Virus record (IMG/VR): IMGVR_UViG_3300023179_000009
Location: 62,001 to 126,000 of that record
DNA: 64,000 nt
Direction: 5' to 3' (one strand)
This document shows, in pieces, positions 39,703 through 49,621 of this stretch (position 1 is its first letter; every line of letters starts with the position of its first letter). Below the pieces are notes generated by a model. It searched no databases, was not told the DNA's origin, and was given only the letters and a program-made list of their open reading frames with translations. The translations under genes and the position numbers were made by a program.

Positions 39703-40050
39703 TTATTCTTCTTTCTTGTTTTCTTTTTCGTAGTCGTCGCCTTCTTCTTTATGCTTTTCGGTTATTTCCATTAATTTAAAGAATATTTTTTCGATAATTT
39801 TTAGTTTATCATCAATATTTTTGAAATTCCAAAGCCAACTACTTTTTGCAACACTTATTGATTTTTCTAAAATACCTTGATTGATTTTGCTTTGATCTAT
39901 ATCCATGTGCATAACGTCAAGGATGCCTTGTTGATCCATGTAGCCAACAATTTCTTCTTCTTCGTTCTCTTCTTCATAGTATTGATTTTCTTCATTGAAA
40001 AATGATTCCTTTTCATCATTTTGATCGTCATCATCATAAAATCTTTCCAT
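39703..40050 (-). CDS. Hypothetical acidic protein
   Basis: Start re-placed at MERFY with SD GAGG. Confidence 0.55.
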   Translation of the reverse strand: MERFYDDDDQNDEKESFFNEENQYYEEENEEEEIVGYMDQQGILDVMHMDIDQSKINQGILEKSISVAKSSWLWNFKNIDDKLKIIEKIFFKLMEITEKHKEEGDDYEKENKKEE

Positions 40051-40058
40051 TTTTAACC

Positions 40059-40730
40059 TCATTTTATTACTTGATAAAGCGGAACCATTTTTCTCCATAA
40101 ATTTATTATTCTTGTTTCGTTCGCTGTCATCTCGGAGGTAACCAATCCACCAGCGTTTGAAAAAGGACATCCTTTCGCTGTATTTATCCATCTACCACAC
40201 CCTTTCTTGTAACTTACTAGGGGGTTAATTGTTTGTGTTTCTTTTGCTTCAAAACAAATATTGTTTGAATTTATTTCTATTTTTTTTTCTTCTAAAAAGT
40301 ATTCATTTATTTTTTCTTTTATATCAATATTGTGAACAAAACAAACATTTTCTTCTATTAAAAATTTTGATTTATTCATGATATCTAAAATATTTTCATT
40401 TAAACAATCAATTGCCAAAACAAATGGATTTATGATCAAAAAAGGATCTTTTAAGATATTGTTATTTTGGATTACGTTTAATGCGTGAAACCAATTTAAA
40501 AAAAATGGACCTTCCGCAGAAAAAGGATTAGATTTTAAACACGGAATTTTAAGTCTTTTGGCCCACTGGAAGTAGGAAAATGGAACCTCTTTATTTCTTT
40601 GACAATAAATTATCACATTCGATTCAGGCATGTTTACGTAAAAAGAGTACCAACAGGCAAAACTCTGCCAGTCGTCTCCGCTCTCCGTCATTATTAAAAT
40701 ATTTAAATTTTTGCCTGTTTTTGAAATCAT
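40059..40730 (-). CDS. Hypothetical protein
   Basis: 223-aa ORF. Confidence 0.65.
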   Translation of the reverse strand: MISKTGKNLNILIMTESGDDWQSFACWYSFYVNMPESNVIIYCQRNKEVPFSYFQWAKRLKIPCLKSNPFSAEGPFFLNWFHALNVIQNNNILKDPFLIINPFVLAIDCLNENILDIMNKSKFLIEENVCFVHNIDIKEKINEYFLEEKKIEINSNNICFEAKETQTINPLVSYKKGCGRWINTAKGCPFSNAGGLVTSEMTANETRIINLWRKMVPLYQVIK

Positions 40731-40752
40731 AAAATATTATAGAAAGAAATCG

Positions 40753-40781
40753 TTGACAATTAAAAGGTTTTGTTATAAATT
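40753..40781 (+). promoter_or_regulatory. sigma70-type promoter TTGACA-N17-TAAATT
   Basis: About 210 nt upstream of thyA. Confidence 0.6.
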
Positions 40782-40995
40782 TTAGGTATGATCAATTCAA
40801 AATTAACTTGCGTTGATTGAACTTGTTTTGATCATAACAACTAGGATAACTCAACAAAAAAATGTTGGCGGTGACAGGGAGCCGATCTTGGTAATTAATT
40901 TATGGATATTTACAAAAACGTTAACTTATGCACATTTTTATAATTTTAGTTTAATTACCATAATGAATCCCTATTTTTAATTTTTTAAAAAAACT

Positions 40996-41898
40996 ATGTA
41001 CTTACTAAAAACATACGATGAATCTTTAAATCAAATAATTAATAATGGAACTTATAGAACAAACAAAAGAACCAAAATTAGAACACGATCTATTTTTGGT
41101 CTGATCAACAGATATAGACTGGATACCGATTATTTTCCTATTGTTACTCGCCGCAAAGTTTACCCCAAGTCAGTTTTTGCTGAATTATTGTGGTTCCTAT
41201 CTGGGTCAACAAACAATAAAGATCTTCAATCTTTAGGTTGTAATTTTTGGTCGCCTTGGGTTGACTCGGATTTTGAAACAAAGAATGGATTTGCTGAGAA
41301 TCTATTTGGTCCAGTGTATGGCTTCCAACTACGACACTTTGGCGGGGAATACGGAAACGGAATAGGCGGAAAATCTTTTACAAATCAAGATAATGTTTTA
41401 GGTCAAAATTGCTATGGTAAAGATGGGTTTGATCAATTAAAGTGGGTCATTGATAGAATTAAAAGTGATCATTCTTGTAGAAGGACTCTTTGGACTTTGT
41501 GGAATCCAAAAGATTTAGAAAGATCAAGATTGCCTCCTTGTCACATGATGTATCAGGTCTTAGTAGACGACGATAGAAGATTGACGGGCATCATGTATCA
41601 AAGATCTTGCGATTTTCCAATAGGTGTTCCTGCAAATATTCAATTCTATAGCGCATTAACGGTGATGATTGCCCAACAAACTGATTGTTTGCCTTATGAA
41701 TTTGTTCATTTCACAGGTGACTCTCATGTTTATGACGATCAAATTGAAGGTGTTAAAAAATATTTAGAACTACCTATAATCAATAGCCCTAAATTAAAAA
41801 TAAATAAGGCCAAAGATATTTTTAGTTATAGACCAGAAGATTTTGAAATAATTGATTTCGTGTCTGGTCCTAAAATAGAAATTCCAGTGGCGGTGTGA
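40996..41898 (+). CDS. thyA: Thymidylate synthase
   Basis: ELLWFLSG, GPVYGFQLR, RLPPCH, YQRSCD, GVPANI, GDSHVY. Confidence 0.97.
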   Translation: MYLLKTYDESLNQIINNGTYRTNKRTKIRTRSIFGLINRYRLDTDYFPIVTRRKVYPKSVFAELLWFLSGSTNNKDLQSLGCNFWSPWVDSDFETKNGFAENLFGPVYGFQLRHFGGEYGNGIGGKSFTNQDNVLGQNCYGKDGFDQLKWVIDRIKSDHSCRRTLWTLWNPKDLERSRLPPCHMMYQVLVDDDRRLTGIMYQRSCDFPIGVPANIQFYSALTVMIAQQTDCLPYEFVHFTGDSHVYDDQIEGVKKYLELPIINSPKLKINKAKDIFSYRPEDFEIIDFVSGPKIEIPVAV

Positions 41899-42414
<516 letters not shown>

Positions 42415-42417
42415 TTA

Positions 42418-42846
42418 GTGCAAAATTTTAAATTTAAATATTTTTTTGAACAAATGTATTCTTCAATCGGCGTTGTTGAATATGGACCCGGTTTGAAGGT
42501 TGTTGCTATTATAGATCAAGGAATTGTTGACTTTTATAGGAATTTGATACCAAAATATTATAATGTTAATCCTCAAAAACACAAAGCCCATATAACAATT
42601 GTTCGTGAAAATAAAGAAAGCCCCAAAAATATGGAATTTTGGGGCAAATACCAAAATAAAAAAATAGATTTTTTTTATGATAACAATGTACAAACAGATG
42701 GTGTTTATTTTTGGCTTGACGCATTAAGTGAAGATATCGGAAAAATAAGAGAAGAATTGGGTCTTTCAAAATTTAGAGATGATAGAGAATTTGGGGGCAA
42801 ACTTAGATCTGCATACCACATTACAATTGCGAACACAAAAACATGA
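42418..42846 (+). CDS. 2H phosphoesterase
   Basis: Two HxT motifs: AHITIV and YHITIA. Confidence 0.75.
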   Translation: MQNFKFKYFFEQMYSSIGVVEYGPGLKVVAIIDQGIVDFYRNLIPKYYNVNPQKHKAHITIVRENKESPKNMEFWGKYQNKKIDFFYDNNVQTDGVYFWLDALSEDIGKIREELGLSKFRDDREFGGKLRSAYHITIANTKT

Positions 42847-43001
42847 AAAAAAATAAAAAAGATTTTTTGGATGCAGCAACAATATTTTATATTGGTAGAA
42901 TTACATTTATTGCAATTTTTCAAGCTGTTGTGGGCAGATTTTTTGTAAAAACTTTTGAGCCTTATTGGATCAAATTTAAAGATTGGTATTCAAAAAAATG
43001 A
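42843..43001 (+). CDS. 52-aa hypothetical protein (not in ORF track)
   Basis: ATGA overlaps at both ends. Confidence 0.5.
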   Translation: MKKNKKDFLDAATIFYIGRITFIAIFQAVVGRFFVKTFEPYWIKFKDWYSKK

Positions 43002-44392
43002 ATGTGGATGTTGTCGATAAATTTTTAAAAAATAATAGAAACAAAAAAATTAAAATTCATTGCATTGGCGATGCAATTATAGATGAATACTACAATGTAA
43101 AAGTAGACAGAATCAGTCCCGAACACCCTGTCCCTGTTATGTCTTGTCAAAACGAACATGTCTCCAGACCTGGGGGCGTAGCTAATGTTGCCTATCAATT
43201 AAAGCATCTTAATGTTGATTCAATTCTTACGTGTTTTCCTGATGAGAATGCTTTAAATTTGTTTCAAAATCATAAAATTAAAATAAAATGCAAAGAACTA
43301 CCTGTAAAACCTATAATTCCAGTAAAAAGAAGATATTTAGACGACGACATTCAGGTTGCCCCAAGACATGATTTTGAATTTCCTTTTTGCAATTTAAAAG
43401 CCAAAGATATTGATGATTATTGCTTGTTTGTCAAACAAGCAATAATCGAAGAAAAACCAGACGTTGTAATTCTGTCGGACTACGATAAAGGTTTTTTTTC
43501 AAGTGAAAATTATAAGATAATAGATTTTTGTAAAGGTATAAAAACTATAGTCGATCCAAAAAAAGCACCTTTAGAAAAGTGGAAAGGATGCACAGTTTTT
43601 AAACCCAATTCAAAAGAATCCAATGAACTGACAGGTAAAAAACACTGGCGTGATCAGGCAAAATTTTTATATGATTTCCTTGAGTGCGAATCTGTTGTGA
43701 TTACTTTTGGTGGAGAAAAAGTAGTTGGAATTTACAAGGAAGAGTTTTTTGAATTTTATCCTAAAAATAAAGTATCCAATGTTCAAAGTGTTATAGGTGC
43801 CGGTGATTGTTTTATGGCCTTTTTTGCAACGGCTGTAGGTCACGGATTTAACCCGATAGAATCCTCAGAGATTGCTTGGACAGCAGGGTCTGTTTATGTT
43901 CAACATAAAAAAAATCGTCCAGTTGTCCCGGCAGAACTTTGTGCCAGCAAAATAGTTTTTCCAGAGGATTTAAGATCAAGAGATTTTAAATTGGTCTTTA
44001 CTAACGGTTGTTTTGACATTTTGCATAAAGGCCACATTGAGACACTTAAATTTGCCAAAAGCAAAGGCGACAAACTGGTTGTTGCTTTAAACTCGGATGA
44101 TAGTATTAAAATTATAAAAGGACCGAACAGGCCCGTTGTCTCTCTTGAGCAGCGTATGTCGGTTATGGAATCTATTCAATATGTAGATTTTGTTGTTTTT
44201 TTTGACGAAGACAATCCTTTGAGTTTGATTAAAAAAATACAACCTGATGTTGTTGTTAAAGGCTCAGAATATAATTTGGATTCTATTGTTGGTCACGATA
44301 TTGTTAAAGAAGTTTATCAAGCACCTATGGTGCCAAATATTAGCACTAGCATTATTCTTAAAAATTATTTCTCTGAGCAAACGCAATCTTGA
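42998..44392 (+). CDS. hldE: Bifunctional ADP-heptose synthase HldE/RfaE-like
   Basis: PfkB kinase (PGGVANV, LSDYDKG, VIGAGD) fused to nucleotidyltransferase (FTNGCFDILHKGH, VVKGSEY). Confidence 0.88.
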   Translation: MNVDVVDKFLKNNRNKKIKIHCIGDAIIDEYYNVKVDRISPEHPVPVMSCQNEHVSRPGGVANVAYQLKHLNVDSILTCFPDENALNLFQNHKIKIKCKELPVKPIIPVKRRYLDDDIQVAPRHDFEFPFCNLKAKDIDDYCLFVKQAIIEEKPDVVILSDYDKGFFSSENYKIIDFCKGIKTIVDPKKAPLEKWKGCTVFKPNSKESNELTGKKHWRDQAKFLYDFLECESVVITFGGEKVVGIYKEEFFEFYPKNKVSNVQSVIGAGDCFMAFFATAVGHGFNPIESSEIAWTAGSVYVQHKKNRPVVPAELCASKIVFPEDLRSRDFKLVFTNGCFDILHKGHIETLKFAKSKGDKLVVALNSDDSIKIIKGPNRPVVSLEQRMSVMESIQYVDFVVFFDEDNPLSLIKKIQPDVVVKGSEYNLDSIVGHDIVKEVYQAPMVPNISTSIILKNYFSEQTQS

Positions 44393-44532
44393 CAAAGGCA
44401 TTCCATACTACAATTGTTGTTGCAACAACATATTTTTCTGCCAGAATTGCACTTGCAACCATTGCATTTTTTTGTTTGACAACCCGAGATGCAGACCAAA
44501 GTAAAAATTAAAAATAATTTGATGAAAATCAT
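44365..44532 (-). CDS. 55-aa Cys-rich putative lipoprotein (not in ORF track)
   Basis: MIFIKLFLIFTLVCISG-CQTKKCNGCKCNSGRKICCCNNNCSMECLCQDCVCSEK; SD GAGG. Confidence 0.65.
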   Translation of the reverse strand: MIFIKLFLIFTLVCISGCQTKKCNGCKCNSGRKICCCNNNCSMECLCQDCVCSEK

Positions 44533-44539
44533 TTTTTAA

Positions 44540-44559
44540 ACCTCTAAATATTTAGAGGT
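44540..44559. promoter_or_regulatory. 20-bp palindrome giving TAAATA plus GAGG on both strands
   Basis: ACCTCTAAATATTTAGAGGT between divergent starts 44532 and 44564. Confidence 0.6.
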
Positions 44560-44563
44560 ATTT

Positions 44564-45388
44564 ATGGATAATAAAATTGGTTTTTGTTTCACCGGAGAGG
44601 GTGCCAGAGGATCCATACAGTCTGGAATTGCTTTAGGGCTTCACAAGCAAGGGATTGATGCTGATTTTACTATCGGAATATCATCCGGTTCCATATGTGC
44701 TGCATCTTATGCTTATTTGGGACCACAAGGTGTTGCTGATATGTGGTCCGATATAAAAAATATTTTTGATGTTTTTGGTTTTAATTATAACTTTTTTTGG
44801 AAGTCTGGGTTACTTAACCAAAAACCCATGGAGAAAATTGTAAGAAAAGCTGTTCAAAATCAACCTATATGCGAAAGCGTTGTTGTAAGAATGAATATTG
44901 AAAATGGTTATATGGACTATGTTTCAAACACATCAGTTGATAAAGAGCAATTCGTTGAGGCTGTTTTGGGGAGCGTGGCTATCACCGCTCTTGTTGAAGA
45001 CAGGGATGGCTGGGTAGACGCAGGAAGCAGGCAATTGGCTCCTTTAGAGCAGTGCATATCGGCTGGCTGCAATAAAATTTATGTTATTATGGGTAGAAGA
45101 TTTGATATTGACGAATGGAAAAAACCAAAAGGCTTCTTATCTGCTACAAGAATGGCTTATCGTGCATTGGACATAAGTCTTAACGAAATAATGATGAGAG
45201 ACATAAATTTTTGTTTGAAAAATGAGGATAATCCGGGTTATCGAGGTGTTGAGATACATCTGGTGCAACCAAAAGAAACACTGTTTGAGTCTGTTAGTTT
45301 TAATCGTTGTAAGGACGGCGTAAAATATGGCGAATCTAATTTTGAAATTGCCGATAGGAAAGGATTGATAAAATATTTCTCTTTGTGA
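44564..45388 (+). CDS. Patatin-like phospholipase
   Basis: GEGARG, GISSG nucleophile, WVDAG. Confidence 0.85.
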   Translation: MDNKIGFCFTGEGARGSIQSGIALGLHKQGIDADFTIGISSGSICAASYAYLGPQGVADMWSDIKNIFDVFGFNYNFFWKSGLLNQKPMEKIVRKAVQNQPICESVVVRMNIENGYMDYVSNTSVDKEQFVEAVLGSVAITALVEDRDGWVDAGSRQLAPLEQCISAGCNKIYVIMGRRFDIDEWKKPKGFLSATRMAYRALDISLNEIMMRDINFCLKNEDNPGYRGVEIHLVQPKETLFESVSFNRCKDGVKYGESNFEIADRKGLIKYFSL

Positions 45389-45398
45389 TATATATTTT

Positions 45399-45713
45399 AT
45401 GAGTTTATCTTTTAAAAATTGGCTGAAATCAGAGTCGCAAGCTATAGGATCCACTGGTAAAAGTGATTTACCAACAGGAGTCGCCAAGGCTGCTGGAAAA
45501 GTTGCTCAAAGTTTTTTAGCTCAAGACGCAAACGCATCCGATGTTGCAAAAATTGTTGGCAAAACCAATAACACTTCAAATCTAATCAAATTAGGAGCAC
45601 AAGCCGTCGAAACCGCCCCGAACTCTGATGCCAAGGGGACAAATGCCTTGCAGGTTGCTAGTGCCATTCAAAAAACTGCCGCACAAACAAAACTTAAAAT
45701 GAACAAAAAATGA
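45399..45713 (+). CDS. Ala-rich hypothetical, capsid-targeting-like N-terminus
   Basis: MSLSFKNWLKSE. Confidence 0.7.
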   Translation: MSLSFKNWLKSESQAIGSTGKSDLPTGVAKAAGKVAQSFLAQDANASDVAKIVGKTNNTSNLIKLGAQAVETAPNSDAKGTNALQVASAIQKTAAQTKLKMNKK

Positions 45714-46246
45714 AATTTAAAGATTATTGTGTCGATTGTGATTTTTTAAATTCTAAATTTTTTGAACAAAACTTTTTTACTTTTAAGGATTTTAAAAAAA
45801 ATTTAAATAGTTCAATAAATTTGAAAGGCCCAACCTCCGTCAAGCGATCTTTGGCTGCTGGAAAAGTTAGAAGTCCTTCAAGGCCGGTTGTGTTTTCTTC
45901 TTTAAATAAGCCTTCCGTCATCCCGTCTGTTTTGGAAAATAAAGGCATAAATTCGTGTTTACAAAAAAATGTTGATTTTGTTGTAAACAAAATCAAGGAT
46001 CATCACGAAAGACTTTCAAAAAAATACAACTCCACCTTAGCAACAATGATCATATCTGCTGCTTTGGTTGGTTCATTGTTTCCCATTCCTGGTGCTACGA
46101 TTTTTTCTTGTCTTCCTTTTTTGGGTTTAGCGGAAATGATAAACTTTTTGAAAAAAAATCCCAAAATACTTAAAAAAATAGACATGTTCTACTCCGCTGA
46201 TAAGCATGATGTTGAAAAAGACGCAATTCAAATTGATGTCTTGTAA
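45710..46246 (+). CDS. Hypothetical protein with C-terminal hydrophobic segment
   Basis: MKFKDY start; LATMIISAALVGSLFPIPG. Confidence 0.6.
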   Translation: MKFKDYCVDCDFLNSKFFEQNFFTFKDFKKNLNSSINLKGPTSVKRSLAAGKVRSPSRPVVFSSLNKPSVIPSVLENKGINSCLQKNVDFVVNKIKDHHERLSKKYNSTLATMIISAALVGSLFPIPGATIFSCLPFLGLAEMINFLKKNPKILKKIDMFYSADKHDVEKDAIQIDVL

Positions 46247-46305
46247 TTAATTTAAAAACACGTTATAATTAATTGAACACACTTGATTAAAAGCAAGGAA
46301 CACTA

Positions 46306-48393
46306 ATGTCTGACAAATCATCGACCCTTAAAAAATATTCTGATTTTTATGATCGTAAAGAATTTTTGTCTTTAAATGAAGAAATGTCTTTTGGTGAATA
46401 TTTGGATCTATGTCGAGAAAACCCAAAACTAGCCAGAAATGCTTTTCAATATGTTTACGACATGATAGTTGAAAAAGGTACCAGCACCTTTGAAAGATAC
46501 AGAAAAACTTATACTAAGTATCATTTTTTTGATGATAATGAGATACCAGTTTTTGGATTAGAAGAAACGTTGTCAAGTTTTGTTGATTTTATTCACGGGG
46601 CAGCAGGCGGTTACGGTACCGAACACCGTGTTCTATTATTACATGGCCCAGTCGGTTCTTCAAAATCAACAATTTGCCGCAGGCTTAAACGTGGTTTGGA
46701 ACAATATTCAAAAACGCAGGACGGTGCTTGGTATACATTTAAATGGGTAAATTTGCCAGTTGTTGCGGATGATAAAGGACCGGCTGTTTTTGTAAACAAA
46801 GAAGATGTTTGTCCAATGAACGAAAATCCAATCAAACTCATGCCCGGATCAATGAGAAAAGAATTTTTGAAAGATTTAAATGAAAAACTAAAAGACTCCT
46901 CATCAGAAGTCGAGCGAGAAACTCTTTATGTGCTTGATAGTGAGGGCGATTTAAATCCAAGATGTAAACTTTTTATGTCGATGCTTTTAAAGAGATACGA
47001 TGGTGATTGGGCTGCGGTTGTTGAAAACCACGTTAGAGTAATTCGTCGCACCCACTCCGAAACGGACAGGGTTGGAATTGGAACCTTTCAACCTAAAGAT
47101 GAAAAAAACCAAGACTCCACAGAGTTAACTGGCGATATGAATTTTAGCAAGATAGGTCAATTCGGCTCGGACTCTGATCCTCGTGCTTTTAATTTTGATG
47201 GCGAATTTGAAATTGCCAATCGTGGTGTTTGTGAATTTATTGAAATGCTTAAACTTGATAATGCTTTTCTTTATGACCTTTTAGGAGCAACCCAAGAACA
47301 TTCTATTAAACCAAAGAAATTTTCTCAGGTTAATATAGATGAGGTCATTGTTGCTCACACTAATAACCCAGAATTTGAGAAGTTAAAGAATAATCAATTT
47401 ATGGAAGCACTAAGAGATAGAACAGTTAAGGTGGATGTTCCTTATCTCTTACGTTGGAGTGATGAAATTAAAGTTTACGAACACACTTACGGCCCAGGCA
47501 AAGTTCGTCAACACATAATGCCTCACACTCTTGAGATAGCTGCTTTATTTGCTGTGCTAACTCGATTGGAAGATGATGGTAATGGCAAACTTGATTTGCG
47601 GGATAAGGCTAAACTTTATGATGGAAAGCAACTCCCAGGCTGGACAGAAGACACTGTCAAGGAATTGCGTGATAAATTCCCAGATGAGGGCTTTCACGGT
47701 CTTTCGGCAAGATATGTTCAAGATAAGATTGCAAATCGTCTTGCTCGTCACAAAGATTATGTGAATGTTTTTCATGTTTTGAGCGAACTTAAAGATGGTT
47801 TAAGTCAATCTTCTTTGATAACTAAGGTAGAAGACATTAAGAGATATGAATTTTGTGCAGAGTTGGCAATTAAAGAATTGGATGAAATTTTGAAAAATGA
47901 AGTTCAACGTGCCTTAGTTTCAGATGAGAAGGCTATAGAGCGTATGTGTTCTAAGTATGTTGATAACGTAATAGCTTATGTTAATGATGAAAAAATGATT
48001 CATCCAATCACGGGATCTAAAATGGACCCTGATGAGCGATTGATGCGTTCTATTGAAGAAAAGGCAGGCATACCAGAGCAAGGTTGTGATGATTTTAGAA
48101 GAAGTTTGGCAGCTTTTATAGGCACACTTGCTACTCGTCAAAAACAATTCAAGTGGGATAGCAACCCTGAGTTGAAGCGTGCTTTGGAGTCTAAAGTTTT
48201 TGAAGATGTTAAGGACACTATTAAATTATCTTCTTTAACAAAAGAAGCTTCTCAACTAGATCCTGATCTTCAAGAAAAAATAGACGCCATCAAAACAAGG
48301 TTGATAAAGCAGTACGGATACAATCAACAATCAGCAACCGATGTTTTAGAATATTGTAGTTCTATTTTTGCAAGAGGAGACATTCAAAGATAA
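46306..48393 (+). CDS. prkA: PrkA/YeaG family AAA+ serine kinase-like protein
   Basis: LLHGPVGSSKST, QDSTELTG, ANRGVCEFIE, AHTNNPE, EALRDR. Confidence 0.93.
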   Translation: MSDKSSTLKKYSDFYDRKEFLSLNEEMSFGEYLDLCRENPKLARNAFQYVYDMIVEKGTSTFERYRKTYTKYHFFDDNEIPVFGLEETLSSFVDFIHGAAGGYGTEHRVLLLHGPVGSSKSTICRRLKRGLEQYSKTQDGAWYTFKWVNLPVVADDKGPAVFVNKEDVCPMNENPIKLMPGSMRKEFLKDLNEKLKDSSSEVERETLYVLDSEGDLNPRCKLFMSMLLKRYDGDWAAVVENHVRVIRRTHSETDRVGIGTFQPKDEKNQDSTELTGDMNFSKIGQFGSDSDPRAFNFDGEFEIANRGVCEFIEMLKLDNAFLYDLLGATQEHSIKPKKFSQVNIDEVIVAHTNNPEFEKLKNNQFMEALRDRTVKVDVPYLLRWSDEIKVYEHTYGPGKVRQHIMPHTLEIAALFAVLTRLEDDGNGKLDLRDKAKLYDGKQLPGWTEDTVKELRDKFPDEGFHGLSARYVQDKIANRLARHKDYVNVFHVLSELKDGLSQSSLITKVEDIKRYEFCAELAIKELDEILKNEVQRALVSDEKAIERMCSKYVDNVIAYVNDEKMIHPITGSKMDPDERLMRSIEEKAGIPEQGCDDFRRSLAAFIGTLATRQKQFKWDSNPELKRALESKVFEDVKDTIKLSSLTKEASQLDPDLQEKIDAIKTRLIKQYGYNQQSATDVLEYCSSIFARGDIQR

Positions 48394-48442
48394 TCAATAA
48401 TTATATTTAATATTGTAAACATTATTGAGAGCGAGGTGTGCT

Positions 48443-49621
48443 ATCCCTAAAAGAATTCAAGAAGATCACAAAAGATTCAGGGACGTAGTTTCCGGAAGAA
48501 CAAGAAGGGAACTCAAGCGTCTAATCAAATCAGGTGCGATAGTTCGGCAAAGGCCAAAAGGTGGCAAGGTTACTATTTCCATTCCACAAATTGACATTCC
48601 ACACTTTGTTCATGGTGACTCAGGTGAAGGGATTGGTCGGGGTCCGGGGAAAGAAGGTGATACTATTGGCCGTGACCCACAGCCCGGTAATGGCAATCAA
48701 GCTGGAGATCAAGAAGGTGAGGGCATTCACATTCAAATCGACATGGAGGATGTTCTTGCTTTTATGGAAGAAGAGTTAAAACTTCCATTTATGAAACCTA
48801 AGCCGAACGAAACATTTGAAGAAGTTAAGATCAAGTATAATGATATTTCAAAAGTTGGTCTTAACTCATTGCGGCACACACGCCGTACAATGAAAGAAGC
48901 ATTGAAGCGTCTGGCGATGGGAGGCAAGTTGGACCAAGTTCAACTTGTCCCCGGAGCCAGCGTTCCAATGAAAGTTATAACACCTATTAAACAAGATTTT
49001 CGTTATAGGCAATATCGTGAAATAAAAATACCAGCATCCAATGCTGTGATATTTTTCGCCAGAGATTGCTCTGGATCGATGGATGATTATAAGTGCGACA
49101 TAGTTTCGGATATGGCTTGGTGGATAGACCGTTGGATAAAAAGATTTTATAAAAGGGTAGATCATTGTTATTATGTTCATGACACACGTGCTCAAGAAGT
49201 TAATGAGCAAGAATTTTATACTTATAGATACGGGGGAGGAACCCAATGCTCCTCGGCATTTGAATCAATATCCCAGCAATTTGAAAACAGATATCCTCCT
49301 CAAAAATTTAACATTTATGTTTTTTATTTCACCGATGGCGATAATTGGGATAATGATAATGAAAAAGTAGTAAAAATAATTCAAGAAAAATTTCCTCAAG
49401 GAGTTGTAAATTTCGTAGGAATAACTCAAATTTGTTCATATTCAAATGAAAATAGTGTAAAAGAATTTATTGATAGAAAAATAAAATCAAATGAACTTGA
49501 CGCAGAACACATCAGAACTGCCGAAGTTGGATCAAATCTAAGAAATGGCAAAATGAGTGAAGATGATCGGAACAGTCAGATTCTGGATGCCATTAAAAAA
49601 CTCTTATCTGTAGAAGCATGA
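48443..49621 (+). CDS. yeaH: YeaH/YhbH (DUF444) vWA protein
   Basis: MIDAS DCSGS, GGGTQCSS, YFTDGDNW; probable ATC start after GAGGTG. Confidence 0.9.
   Translation: MPKRIQEDHKRFRDVVSGRTRRELKRLIKSGAIVRQRPKGGKVTISIPQIDIPHFVHGDSGEGIGRGPGKEGDTIGRDPQPGNGNQAGDQEGEGIHIQIDMEDVLAFMEEELKLPFMKPKPNETFEEVKIKYNDISKVGLNSLRHTRRTMKEALKRLAMGGKLDQVQLVPGASVPMKVITPIKQDFRYRQYREIKIPASNAVIFFARDCSGSMDDYKCDIVSDMAWWIDRWIKRFYKRVDHCYYVHDTRAQEVNEQEFYTYRYGGGTQCSSAFESISQQFENRYPPQKFNIYVFYFTDGDNWDNDNEKVVKIIQEKFPQGVVNFVGITQICSYSNENSVKEFIDRKIKSNELDAEHIRTAEVGSNLRNGKMSEDDRNSQILDAIKKLLSVEA

Noticed and set aside
44564-45388. CBASS-type defence operon around the patatin
   Set aside because: No cyclase (CD-NTase) or Cap genes nearby
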